Of a DNA stretch of 64,000 bases, positions 12,437-25,473 are shown one piece after another. The position numbers and the translations under genes were made by a program. The DNA comes from Setoptus koraiensis. Its lineage: Eukaryota > Animalia > Arthropoda. Positions within the stretch are counted from its first letter, which is position 1. The number at the start of each line of letters is the position of its first letter. Below the pieces are notes generated by a model. That model saw nothing but the letters and a program-made list of their open reading frames with translations, was not told the origin of the DNA and ran no database searches. Location: NCBI GenBank assembly GCA_048013815.1, contig CM106585.1:8060001-8124000 (forward strand), read 5' to 3'.

Positions 12437-14152
12437 ATGCATTCACTTTACTTTGCAACAAGCAATGACAACTCTAATCATCAACAACATAATATTAACG
12501 CTAATCAGACCATAATAGATCATGGAAATAACATGATGGAAAACCAAAACATAGCGGATAACAACCACTGCGACCATATCGAGACGCATTCGTCCAACAG
12601 TCATATAATGTCGGTGAATCACTTCAAGAAAGGGACCAGGAATAAGCAAATTGAGGGAGTTTCCGAAGGCCTCAGTTATATTATCGAGTGGCTTTTGGAC
12701 ACTTACGAAATGGTTGATGGAGAATCATTGCCTCGCTCTATAGTCTACATGCATTATCAAAACTTTTGTTCCAAATGTAATGTAGAACCAGTTAATCCAG
12801 CTTCTTTTGGCAAACTTATTCGGTCAGTGTTCGCCAATCTTAAGACTAGACGATTAGGTACACGTGGACACTCGAAATACCATTATTTTGGTATAAAGAT
12901 CAAGTCAAAGTTTTCATTGTTAGGATCAACTTCAGACTGTAACCAACAGGAAGAACACAACGATTCCTCTAACTCTAAAACCGACGCTAGTGTTGGTGAT
13001 AGCCCGAGAAAGAAACTGAGAACTTCGGCCAGCTCCTCTCTATCGAACAACATCGACACTGATGATACTAACTTGGATGATAATAATGATGTTGATTCAC
13101 CTCAAGACGTTCATACTCATCACGCGGTCAACCATAACTTACTGAAAACCTATTTAATTTCAGAATTCAGCAGCCTAGTCGATGATAACTGGTTGCCGCT
13201 TAATGAACAAATCATTGACGGCTCCTACAATGGTGTTGTGTCGCCAGATATGTTGACTACTTTTGAAAAGATGTATCAAGCCCACTATCGCGAACTAATC
13301 GAGTCTATATTCAACCTGAGGTTTAATGAAGTCGAAAGAATATGGTATAAGTTCTGGCATCCAGACGAATCATCAGAAATTAATTTTAAAGTACTATATC
13401 GATTGACTATGTCGAACTCCATATTAAACGACTGGATTGTCCAAACAGATTATAATTTATATTCAGCCATTGAAACAGGTCTACTACCGGATCTCCTATC
13501 TCCTGTTCCAAGGGAACTAAATCAAGAAATAAGACAGTTTGCCAAAAATATGGGTCCGTGGATGGAAAAGGCTGTGCAAGATTATGGATCCAGTTTCTCT
13601 TCAGCAAAGTCTAAGGCAGCGCGAGCTCTTGGATACACATTACGACGATACACGGCTTTGAATCATTTGGCCACATCAGCTAGACCAGTTTGGGATAGTA
13701 AGGCTACCATGCAGCAGATGTATATGGACCTTGGCCGCGTAGATCTCAAAGATGTCCAGAATCAAGCGACTCTCATCACAAGATGTGCCAGTGATGTATC
13801 TGACCAGATTGTATCAAAATTCATGGTGCTGATCAATAGTACTAAACCCTCGGAAGTTTGGAATGACTGGTGTCGAGATTTAGTGAAATCCAACATACGG
13901 GAAGGCGATATTGAATCTGCCAGGCGTTTCTTGCTTAGATGGAATTTCTACAGTTCTCTAATTATGAAAGATCTCACATTGAGGTCTTCTTCGTCATTTG
14001 GATCATTCCATCTCATAAGACTATTGTTTGATGAGTACATTTTTTACCTGGTCGTGTGTCAGTTAGCTCAGGCTCAAGGTAAGACGCCCACTCAGCTTCT
14101 TTGTGAAGCTAACGATTGGATTGATTATGACAACGGTCAGACCCCAGTATAA
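12437..14152 (+). CDS. Rfx: RFX winged-helix transcription factor (RFX1-3/DAF-19 type), intronless CDS, 571 aa
   Basis: DNA-binding domain WLLDTYEMVDGESLPRSIVYMHY..VNPASFGKLIRSVF..RRLGTRGHSKYHYFGIKIK, plus LRRYTALNHLA and dimerisation domain DLTLRSSSSFGSFHLIRLLFDEY. Confidence 0.95.
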   Translation: MHSLYFATSNDNSNHQQHNINANQTIIDHGNNMMENQNIADNNHCDHIETHSSNSHIMSVNHFKKGTRNKQIEGVSEGLSYIIEWLLDTYEMVDGESLPRSIVYMHYQNFCSKCNVEPVNPASFGKLIRSVFANLKTRRLGTRGHSKYHYFGIKIKSKFSLLGSTSDCNQQEEHNDSSNSKTDASVGDSPRKKLRTSASSSLSNNIDTDDTNLDDNNDVDSPQDVHTHHAVNHNLLKTYLISEFSSLVDDNWLPLNEQIIDGSYNGVVSPDMLTTFEKMYQAHYRELIESIFNLRFNEVERIWYKFWHPDESSEINFKVLYRLTMSNSILNDWIVQTDYNLYSAIETGLLPDLLSPVPRELNQEIRQFAKNMGPWMEKAVQDYGSSFSSAKSKAARALGYTLRRYTALNHLATSARPVWDSKATMQQMYMDLGRVDLKDVQNQATLITRCASDVSDQIVSKFMVLINSTKPSEVWNDWCRDLVKSNIREGDIESARRFLLRWNFYSSLIMKDLTLRSSSSFGSFHLIRLLFDEYIFYLVVCQLAQAQGKTPTQLLCEANDWIDYDNGQTPV

Positions 14153-14175
14153 TTTAAATAAAAATATGAACTTTA

Positions 14176-14853
14176 TTATGTGTTGTTTAATATGTTATGT
14201 TTTTCAAGCAATTCGATAGTTTGATTCAGCGCACATCCTGGTCGGATGATCTTATAATGTTTCGGTTCTGAGAGATCTACAACTGTTGAACCCAGCCTAT
14301 CGCCGTCAAGCTGCAAGTTGCCGCCATCGAAGATAGCATCTATTTTATCCCAGATGTCTTGAAAATCGTGAATAGAGAGCGGACTTGTTTGCTCACTTCT
14401 ATTAGCGGATGTCAAAGCTAAAGGTCCCGCTTCTCTACAAATATGTTGAATGAATTTATTGTCAGGTATGCGAACTCCCACCAACGGTATACCCGGATTG
14501 AGATGAGAGTTTAAATTGGCCTTTCGTCTCAGAATTAGAGTTACCGGTCCCGGCAACAAGGTATTCAACAAATTGTTATCGATGTGATCTGTATAAGCTA
14601 TTTGCTTGATAGTTTGTATATCTGGAGAGCATATGGCGAGAGGCTTAGATGAATTTCGTGATTTGATATTGTAGATTTTTTGTATTGCTGTTGAGTTGTC
14701 TACTTTGGCAGCTAAACCGTATAAAGTATCAGTTGGCAAGGCGATAACTCCACCAATTTGCAAAGTATCAAACGCCTTTATCACATGCTCCTTACAAATC
14801 GCATTATCGGCTAGCTTGATTATCATGCCAGAGGTTGATTTGAAACCAATCAT
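14176..14853 (-). CDS. YRDC: Threonylcarbamoyl-AMP synthase YrdC/Sua5
   Basis: Motifs GGVIALPTDTLYGLA, IYNIKSR..KPLAI, LLPGPVTLIL, VGVRIPD, PLALTSANRS, STVVDLS and IIRPG. Confidence 0.95.
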   Translation of the reverse strand: MIGFKSTSGMIIKLADNAICKEHVIKAFDTLQIGGVIALPTDTLYGLAAKVDNSTAIQKIYNIKSRNSSKPLAICSPDIQTIKQIAYTDHIDNNLLNTLLPGPVTLILRRKANLNSHLNPGIPLVGVRIPDNKFIQHICREAGPLALTSANRSEQTSPLSIHDFQDIWDKIDAIFDGGNLQLDGDRLGSTVVDLSEPKHYKIIRPGCALNQTIELLEKHNILNNT

Positions 14854-15851
14854 AATCTCAGTTAGTTATCTTCTTCAGTCATAATGAGTCACTATATTAA
14901 AGGAAGAGTCCTCCGACAACTTGTAAATGCAAAATCTTGTCGGGATTTTACTTCTCCAGTAGCGCTAATTTTGAATATGACACGTGTCTGGAAAAACATC
15001 TTTATCGGACAAAGTCTTAGCAATATTTTCTGATTTACACTGGAAAGATATCGAAAGACATGTTTGATAGATGTTTTCTAGAATCTGATGTCATTATGCA
15101 ATAGCATATGTACTAGGTTTGTCGCCAACAAGAACATCTAAATAAACCTCATATATTGCGTCAGCTATCACAGAATGATTTGTTTTAGTTGTCTATTTTA
15201 TATACCCTAGGTACCCAATGGAATTGTTCTTGGATGCTACAATGATGTTCTATTTAGCTTCCTCGAAGTTTTCTTTCTCACGAGCTACATGATATCGAGT
15301 TCTTCTGAATAAACTAGTTACATGTATCCCGATACAAACTTTGTGCTTTCTACTTATATTCGGTGTTCTGGGGAGATTCCATTGTCGATGGCTATTGCAG
15401 TATCAGTTACTTGAAATCTGTCTGAATCATCAGCTCATATACCTAGTAAGAATGTAAAACGGTGAGATTTACCCCTGTATGTTGTGTTCGTGATATGTTG
15501 CACGAGCATCAGTGCGACGTTCTGCCTCTCTCCTCTCTGCCAGTACCTCAGTGGAGCTATTGTCTTCGCATTGGGGCCCCTGATGTAAAAGGGTGTAACG
15601 TGCTCAGCTGTGAGGAGTATCCACTAAAGCTGAGTCCCAAGTAGTGTGAGCGCCATGGATGAAATTATTTGTGCTTCCCATCGATGACAGTCAAGATCAA
15701 ATTATTTACGCTCATGAAATAGTGCCGATATCATTTAATCGATATTAATCTGCCTCAATAATATTAATACTGATGACAACGGGAGTGGCAATGACACAAG
15801 TTTCTATTTTATGAATTTTTTATTGTTCAAAATAAAAATAGAATTGTAGCT

Positions 15852-16361
15852 ATGATTTACTTGCGAAGAATTACACTCATTCTTTCATTGACAATGGTAG
15901 TAGTGGCCATTTATTGGTCGCATGTTGGGCCCCAACTAACCAAAACAGTTCGTTATTATTACCCAAGCGATTTAGACGATTCCTTGTCGGACCATAAAAC
16001 ATTTAAACAATTGCCACAGCATCCCAAGTCTCGCGGAAAACTCATCAGGGTATACACTAGAAGTTCCGGGAGAATACCAGCTTCAGGCGGCTATGCACAA
16101 TACAATCAACAAGATCTAGAGATGTTACAGTCCGAGGCAGAACCAGCTCGATCTCACTTTATAAGTTTGCCACTATTTACGAGTGCCATAATTGTGCTGA
16201 CATGTATAACAATTTTCAAGTTAGCATTGAACAAACAAAAAAGGAGACACCAGCAAAGAAGCCGATATCATCCATTCCTCACTAAACATAGAGAAGAGGT
16301 TGAACAACTGATACATTTATTTAACATTATAAAAGATAACCGTAATGATGCAAAGAAGTAG
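15852..16361 (+). CDS. Uncharacterised 169-aa protein with two hydrophobic segments
   Basis: ATG-started ORF with an N-terminal hydrophobic stretch (ITLILSLTMVVVAIYW) and a second one (LPLFTSAIIVLTCITIFKLAL) followed by a basic tail. It is packed tail-to-tail with INTS12. Confidence 0.6.
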   Translation: MIYLRRITLILSLTMVVVAIYWSHVGPQLTKTVRYYYPSDLDDSLSDHKTFKQLPQHPKSRGKLIRVYTRSSGRIPASGGYAQYNQQDLEMLQSEAEPARSHFISLPLFTSAIIVLTCITIFKLALNKQKRRHQQRSRYHPFLTKHREEVEQLIHLFNIIKDNRNDAKK

Positions 16362-16423
16362 TTTGCCGGAAAAAGCTGACTGTAGTTTGTTGCTTGATAT
16401 ACAACCAATTATTTTACAAAAGT

Positions 16424-17173
16424 TTATGACGAATCACTAGATTGTTTCGAGCTATCACTTTTTTTCGAAGCAGCCGCCTCTTTACTAGAGGTGCCTCCAG
16501 CATTCCATCTTGCACTCGGCAATGGCCAAGGGCTAAAGAACGAGGCCGAGCCACTTGCTTTGGTTTGTTGATTCTCTACTTTGGTTTCTTCGACTGTTGG
16601 AGCTGTTTTGGTTTTTGTCTTGGCCATCAATTTAGCTTTCTTTCTGGCTTGAATGCATTGTGAGCAATACCAAACAAATCTAGGGTCAGAAATATTTTGA
16701 TCAGTGAGCGTGGGCTTATGACATTCTTGGTGGTAAAGATTGTGGCACTCCTGGCATTCGACCATCTGATTATTGGTAGTTCTTGTGTTCAATCTGATTG
16801 TTTATTTTATTTTGTTTTGTTTGTTGGCAGTTGGACGATTGGGAAAAGGGCGAGAAATAAGATTATTGTTAGTTAGAAGAATTAGACATAAAAAAATTGT
16901 TGTAGCAATTGGATAAAATGTTTAGTGTTCTGATGCGACTTACTTGCAGGCAACACAAGCCTCAGCATCTGATAGGGTTTGAGGTTTTGAGTCAACTGGT
17001 GCAATCACTGGTACAGTTACCGAGGACGATGGCATCTTCTTATTGAGCGGGGGTTGTTTAGTTATTTTTCTTTGCACCATACATGAGTCTAGAAGGGCCT
17101 TGAGCTGTTCGGTGGATTCCTTGCTGGGAGAATGTAATAATCTCACAGCCTTTGTGATAATGTCAGAAGACAT
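16424..17173 (-). CDS. INTS12: Integrator complex subunit 12; join complement(16944..17173,16424..16793), 199 aa
   Basis: N-terminal microdomain (KAVRLLHSPSKESTEQLKALLD) and a PHD finger (CVACK..QMVECQECHNLYHQECHKP..DPRFVWYCSQC) joined by a 150-nt phase-2 GTAAGT..CAG intron (16794-16943). Confidence 0.9.
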
Positions 17174-17759
17174 TTTCCCTATTGTTGTTATTGGTGGTGG
17201 TGAATATTGTTGTCAGTGTAATATTGAATGATGATAATAGTAATAATGAGAGCTTATGTAATAGTAAATGAGTGTGATGAGAACGTGCTAATGGCAGTGA
17301 TAAAGAATGCGAATTATCGTTTCGTTTCGAACAGAAAACAGCTGAACGTATGTGCACACATGCGTTGTAAACAGACAAGCAAGCAGCGGATTGGTGGCAA
17401 ATGTTCGCTGTGTGTGTATCGTTGGTTCGATCTTCTGTACAGTATGAAGCTATGCTACTTATAGGCAAACAATACAGCGGCGGCGGCAGCGGCAGCAGCG
17501 TAGTTCGGTGTGAAACTTACACAGTGTAAGAGTATTGGCAATACTACATGTACTGGCACTACAGTACAGCATTGAAAAATTGTCCAAGTGTGCAGTGTGC
17601 ACAGCAGGCACAGGGTTGTACAATAAAATAGCGTGTATCGTTAGCATCAAAAGTTAGAGCGAGAAGTACAGTGTGTGCATAAATTTATTGTGTGCGCGCC
17701 TTCAAGAGAGTGCGCTCTTTGCTTTCCCCTCATCTCCCAGTGGCGCAATGCTTGCGCAC

Positions 17760-17851
17760 TGTGTGTGTGTGTGTGTGTGTGTGTGTTGTGCGCGTTGTGC
17801 GTTCGCCAGTGACTACGACGACGACGACGACGACGACAACAACAACAACAA
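17760..17851. repeat. (GT)n tract followed by compound (GAC)n(AAC)n microsatellite
   Basis: Read directly at about 17760-17786 and 17813-17851, in the region between the divergent INTS12 and Rbfox starts. Confidence 0.9.
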
Positions 17852-18699
17852 GCGAACGAAATGGGAAGAAAAAGAATAAGATGGAGCGCTCTTTGGCAGT
17901 AGCACTACAAACGACTATACAGTAATAGCGCACAGATAGAGAAATTCTTTCAAGTATAGAGAGTAGTAATAATAAGGCAGACAGAGGGCAAGATAATGAA
18001 ATGATGCAAATATAAAATAGATCTGCTGCAATTATCATATAGTAAAAATGCGATGCTGCTACTGCTGCTTTAGTAATGCTCATCATACACACATGAAATA
18101 CACAAGTAAGCTTATAGTATCTATTGGATAAGAAAAAGAGGAACAAGAAGCTAATGACAAAAGATTCTGTAATAGAGCAGCAACATCCAACTCACACAAT
18201 CATCCAGTACAGCGAGGCAGCATGTTGTGTTCAACATTTACTATACAGTATGCAGTAAACAGTCGAAGAAATCTCAGGCAACAAGAATCTCCTAGGCAAC
18301 AATAGCTTATAGATATAGATTAACAAATTCTAAGACAACATCATCAACGACAACAAGACAATAATCGTCAAGGACGACAACACACACACACTACACTGAG
18401 ACCATCCATGGATATGTCGAATTAACGTTTCGAGGATTTACATTTATTAGGAAGCAGCCCTTTGATATTATTCGCTTAGCTACGAGCTGATATGGTGGTG
18501 GCTGTTGGATCAATTTTATCATCGTCGTCACAGCCAGACAACCAGGACAACAATAACATTGATGAACAACTGACTAACACTCTTATTTTTAAAACACAAC
18601 AGCAAACACTCAATTCGGTATCAATATCAATAGAAATATCATAATCATATCAGTGTAGAGCCAACAGAGGAAGCTGTTAGAGATTTGAAAATTATCGTC

Positions 18700-21600
18700 A
18701 TGGCCGAAGAGGAATTATCTCCACAAACAACAACTGCGGCAGTCACATCGAACTCTGCTCCTGCCGCCCCTGTTCAAACTCATATTTTACATAATGAAAC
18801 TCATCATAATAGTACTCAACAACAATTATCGTTATCTCAGTCAGTGATTGATACAACCATAGGAGTCTCAACTAACCATAGTAATAATAATAATAACAAC
18901 AATATCAGTAATATTAATAATGGTAGCTGTAGTAATGCCAGTGATCAAAAGGATCCCGGCCAAGATCATTTTGTCAACAAGAATCAAGAATCGTTAGTTC
19001 AGCTAAAACATCAGGCTAGCACCTCAAATCAGCAATTCAACTTGTCAAACATTAGTGATATTTCCTCCAACAACAACTGCAACAACAACCAAACAACCAC
19101 AAATATTATATCAACCACCACAAATACCAATATAACCACTTCAGCTGCAAATACAACAACACCCGCCAATGGCCCTTTAATAGTGGCCCAACAGCAGTCT
19201 TGTAGTGCGACACAACCCCATAAACACCAGCAGCAACAACAACAACAGATAACTAGCAACAATATAAATTCGTCGATCCCCAACACAACTACCAACAACA
19301 ACAACAGTAGCAACAGCAACAACAACAATAGTAATAACAACACTACTAGCGGCAACATCACTTCATCCTCGTCTAAGCCCAAACGATTGCACGTGAGCAA
19401 TATACCCTTCAGATTTAGAGATCCCGATCTAAGGCAATTATTTGGTAGATTTGGTCACATTTTAGATGTAGAGATTATATTCAATGAAAGGGGCTCGAAA
19501 GGTTTTGGTTTTGTTACATTTGCTTCATCGCATGACGCCGATCTTGCTCAACAACAACTCAATGGTAGTCTAGTCGAGGGACGAAAAATAGAAGTCAATA
19601 ACGCCACAGCTAGAGTACAAACGAACAAAAGTAAGTTGGTCAGTGCAGCCGCAGCCGTGGCTGCAGCCGCCTCTGCCATGTCGCCATCTATAACAGTTTT
19701 GCCAGATATGGCCTCATCACTAAGAGGAATAGCACTACAAAGAGCCACTAGAGTTGGAACACCTAGATTAGGACACCGCGAGATGTTGGCATTAGCCACA
19801 ACCAGGCATCCGCATCCAATATCTGCATTTGGTACCTCATACCCGTGAGTATAATAAATCTGCTGCAAACCCCCGCTTGCCGGTTTACCATGAATGCTAA
19901 TATTACAGCTGTGTATAGTAGCAGTGACAATTATTTCATGATATGACTATCTCACTATATAATTGTTGTCATATTGCACACTCTGTCTTAGCATCTCTGA
20001 TTATTATCGTTCTAACTCGCCATTCTCTGTTTCTCTCTGTCTTTCCGTCACATTGAACTCATAACAACCATTATGTCCAAAACTGTCTAAATGGTATTCT
20101 TGTTTTCAATGACAACATACAACAATAACGTACCGCAACTATTGCGTCTATTCATACACGTACACAACTATCACGTAACAACAATTACAATTGCAACCAT
20201 TAGCACCGTCTACCAAGATCCCTTCTTAAATTATGCAGCAGTCGCTGCAGCAGCAGCATCTGCCTCAGAGAGATTTCAAATACCGGTAGGTAGTAGTTTA
20301 GTCATAGTACATGCATAAGAGATAATGAATGGAATGCTGGTTATCAATTTATTTGTAGTAGTATCAATTATGAGAGTAGTAGCCGACTGAGATATGACTG
20401 TGTGGCGCCTAGATCCCTATGCCTATATTGATAATTGTTTTCGCGTTCATGTTTTAGCCATGTCCGATGTATAATTACTTTTCACTACTATAGCTACTTA
20501 CATAATCCAACCCCTTACTCTTACAAACACTATTATCACATATCCACTTCACTTGATGATGATGACCAACTAACGAACGAACAAACAAATGAACGAATAT
20601 ATGAACGAACGAACGTACCGACAAAACAATCGAAAACAATATCCTGCATCACACAAACACTTACGAACGTCTGAATTCTCTCACGAATGCAAAATTATAT
20701 ATTATGACGAACTCCCTAAAATCACAACAATCGAAACAATACAAAAACAATCCCATCTAAAATGATAACAATTGTTATTATTGCATAAAAATCACTCGTT
20801 GTTATCATTGAACTGTTCACGATCATCATTTGTGGTCACTGCCACCACCAACTCAACCACAAACCACACTAACGGTATAATCTACTGGACTGACAATTCC
20901 CATTGAATGAAATTACGTAAAATTGATTATCACAATCACAATCACAACACACACACACGCACACACACACACACACACACACCATGTATGATATCCACAC
21001 ACACGCACACGCACACACACACAAAATCTTATTACATAACACACAACCGATTATTATGTAATGTACAACATAATGAATAATCTCTAGGCTTCATATGCAA
21101 CAAACGCTGCCTATACCACGGCAGCAGCACGCCAGTATGCGCATCTTGGAGCTGCATCAGCATCCGCAGCTGCAGCCGCAGCGGCTGCATCAAATCCCTT
21201 ATCTCATGGTTACGCTGTTACAGGGTGAGCACGGTTTCATTAATTAATCAACAACAATAGCTAAATTAGATCTACCATCACTAGCGACTAGCGACCTGCA
21301 GACTGTTTTTTAGTTGAAAAAATATTACATAGTCGATATAGGACAGAAGTACTAGTAGTGGGAGTAATAGCAAACAAAAGTGTCTGCGTGAACAGAGGGT
21401 CTGACCTAACAAGCTAAGGAGAGTCCACGCTCTAATAGCTGAAAAAGATGCCAAAAGAGAACAGAAAGAATGTATGTGTGTTTAAATATAGATAGGAGAA
21501 AAAGGCTCGAATGAGCGAGTGATTTGATTGAAAAAATAGCGAAAGAAAAAAGAGAAGTTAGATGGATAGTATGCGATGGAGCGCCTGATATATAAATAAG

Positions 21601-24600
21601 TTGACTGTTGCTATGCTAGATTATTGTTTGCTGCTCGATTTCAATGTAAAGGCTCGCGATGGATAGCTAATTAAATGATGGACCGATATATATAGGTGCA
21701 AGCAGCACTTTGTGCTATGCGCTTAGATGGCATTTAACCCCCCAAGACCGTTAATCAATTTAGAATGTGTTGTTGGCTTCAGCAGAATGAGCTGAAGTTG
21801 CAATTAAGGCACGACGATGACTATGAGCTATCATTCATTGCACTACTATCATCACTACCGTCACCACCTATACCACAACCACCAACTCGATTGATTGAAT
21901 GAATGAAACTCCTATTATACTGCCAACTTACCTTTGTTTAGATGACAACAACAACAATTACTGCATTGACAATGACAATAACTGAGCCCAAGTTGCCGCT
22001 TTTGCTGCTCTAAAGTTGGCACACTACTAATTCCAATTCTCAAAACTTGATTCTTTCTTTTATCCACTTCCTTCCTATTACATAACTTGCCGTTATATAT
22101 GAAATGTGCCCGTATTGACCATTACAATGCCACCTCTATATAATTGCCTCTATTATGGCAACTATTGCTATTGTGTTTCCGTTATAATTTGTATGATTTT
22201 AATTGGCTTAATCGCTGCCAAACACGCTGTCAAATATCGCCGCTCTACTAACGAACGGATGGACGAATGACCGAACGCACCAATCATAAATAAATGGCCA
22301 ATTGATCAAAATTAAACAATTGCGACGTCAACATAACAACTCGCTGCTGCTGGTCTCGGTTGTTCACTCATCTCTCTGGCTAACTGCGGACAACTTTTGA
22401 AACCTATCAACTCGGCGCAACTCGACCGGAATCGACAACAACTAACCATCCAACGACCAACCTGTCTGTATCGACTTGATACCTGGCTCGTTGGCTTTGA
22501 AATGTTTTTTGACTGAACTCACTTATGGTCACTCATTCATGTGTGTTTTGAACTGCCACTAATGGACATTGGCAATGGCAATCGTTCAACATTGGAATGT
22601 CGTGATGTACCGCTTGTTATCAAACGACAATCGAACGTTAAAACGAAACAACAACATGGCATCAATTCAATAAATCTTCGTTCGCAACAACAACAACAAC
22701 AACCGATAACGACAACGAATGGCGAAAAAACAACTGCAACGACGAAAATCATCGTGACAACTTGCTTGACTTGATTTTGTTGTGCCTTTTGTCTACTGGC
22801 TTATGTTGCCTACTAACTACTCACGCTTCAAATGTTATAACCTCTAATGAATGAACCAATCAATGACAACTCCGATTGATTGTGTTCACCGCTGGCTGGC
22901 TTCACTCTCAACGAAACACACACAAACATTCGCCAACTAACTCTTCTGGCTAACTCACGGTCCACCTTAACTACGCCAACTGCTCTCTGGTCTTGCCGAT
23001 CCTACGAAATCTGCCTACAACTTTATCATCGTTTGATGCTTGTGCGACGCCCTGATACATTTATTTGTTCCACAAATAATGGTGCACCATTACTGTTGCG
23101 CAATATTATTATCACAAAATCCATGGTCGTTGCTGCTGTCGTTGTCAACTGCAACTCGGTTCAACTCAACTATCCAATGCTCGACCTCTATATACAATGC
23201 GCTGCTGTTGTTGGACATCGCCTAATGCCTAATGCTTGATGCAACCATGACCATGACAACAACTTAAATTCACTTAATGCAACACTTAACAACGCTCACC
23301 AACAACTATTGCGAACAACCAACTATCTTTGCAACTACCATCGGCATCAACTACGGCAATGATTGCGGTGCACTACTTACCACTTATCTTTTTCTGTCTA
23401 CCGCTATTATGTGTGTATGTATGCTGTCGTGAATACCTGATTTTGTGTCCACTTCACATGATCATTTGGATTGGATGTGACAATTCTCGCTGGCTACAAT
23501 CATGATATGTATGTACTGCGACTGGCCAACCACGACGCGCAAAACTATATAAATACAAATGGCGTCCAACCAATTCAAACATGTGCATTTCAATCGTGTG
23601 TGCTACTTATGGGATAACATCATCGCCATATGAACAATCTGAATGAATGCAATATCATAACGATGACGTTATGCAACGCTGTGCACTATCATCTATCGTC
23701 AAATGATGAATTGCGATGACCATGCAATAACGTTAATTGTTGCACCGTCACACACACACTCACTCACCATTATGGAATTAAAACAAATTATACTCGTGGA
23801 CAACGTACAAACCGGACAAAACAAACAACCATTATCATTTTTGTAACACCTCGCTTACTGGCTCGCCAACTATGCACTTACCAGTTACAATCGTGACTTT
23901 AACGAACCATACCTTGGTCATGCAGTGGGACCGGTTACTGGCTACGGGGTAATTACCAACTAGAATAAAACTAATCCCATTCAATATTTTCGCAATACTA
24001 CAACAGCTACTACTACGGCTACTTTGCAAAGGTTTACATCTCACCACTTTCGAGCAGCCACTCACTGAACAGTGCACATTAATGGCAGTTAATTTTTTAT
24101 GCCTATTTAACACATAGAACCAGTTACATAGAGCTCGTCACATATAGCAAGTCGCTTGCAGCTAGCGGGCCAGAGTTAAATTCTAAAGAGCAGTTGCTGA
24201 TGCCATTGATATAAGAAAAAGTTAACTGTTAACTTATTGTTATTATGCTGGTCTCTCGGTGATTGTCAAAGTAGCCAGTGAAGTCGAGTAGTAGAGGAGC
24301 AGTGGTGGCAATTAGCATAAATATAACATACTACTATCGTCACCATGGCTATGATATGTCTCATGTAGCTAGTGTAATGTTACCCCATCGACTGTTAGCT
24401 GCAGTGGCTTATGCAATAAAACTGTCTAATGGCGAACCCACGAGACTAGACTCATGAGAAGGCCAGACGAGGCTAGGTAGATGGATGGATGGATAAAGCA
24501 ATTTATTCTGGAATGGCTTCTGTGAATTGTGTGTTGCCACTCACACTTTTATTTCTAGTAGCGCGCAATCCCAGTATATATACATCTAGTTATCTATTGC

Positions 24601-25416
24601 AGCCAGTTTTACACTATCACACTCTAATAGACTAACAGAGCAGAGCCAACCAGCATGGACAGAGAATATTATCATATATCGCTCTATGATATATCAGCTA
24701 GGAACATGAATAATGATTATGGCCAGTGAAAATGCCATTGTTCTTGTTTGTTGTATGTCTGATGTTTTCGTTTAGGCAGTAACCACCAACCAAAACAGCA
24801 ACAACAGCAGCAACAATCTTGATAATAATATATCTCTGTGTCTATGCTGCATTACAGTTGAGATGCAGCTTACAACAACAACAAAAAAGTGTCCAAGTGA
24901 TGATTGTGTGCTGCTGCAACGTTATATAGATAGATGCTCATTGAGCGACATTGTTTTTCTTGTCGAGACAATAGACTGACAGCATGACTAACAATGCAAT
25001 TGAATTTGTTGAGCTGAAAAGTGTGGCCATTTTAAGGTTTAGATGCGTTTCAGTTAATGCGATGAGCCAGCAACAACACTATCCAATCTATCACACTATC
25101 TATGCACCAGTCCACCAGACTCTATTCTAGTTCACTTGACTGATCCATCTCTTTCATTATCATTATTATTATAACTTACATTATTACATAACTTTGCAAC
25201 TAATGCAACATTTATACGGACTACACATACATACACGGCTTGCGCGCACTATGGTCATAATTGATTGGTAAAACTATCAACAAAATGGAATTTGTTGTTG
25301 TCTCCGGCGATTAAACATGCGAATGTCACTTGAAACGACCAACCCCCATCAATGTCCACAACGTCTGCCACCTAATCGGCTAATGTACTTCATTTGCGTC
25401 CCACAACCATTTTATA

Positions 25417-25473
<57 letters not shown>

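Noticed and set aside
15585-15660. AAAAGGG-TGTAACG resembling a polypurine tract plus LTR start
   Set aside because: No second LTR, PBS, TG..CA boundary pair or gag/pol remnant was found.
21805-21820. TAAGGCACG resembling the miR-124 5' end
   Set aside because: Only 9 nt match, the rest diverges, and there is no flanking hairpin.
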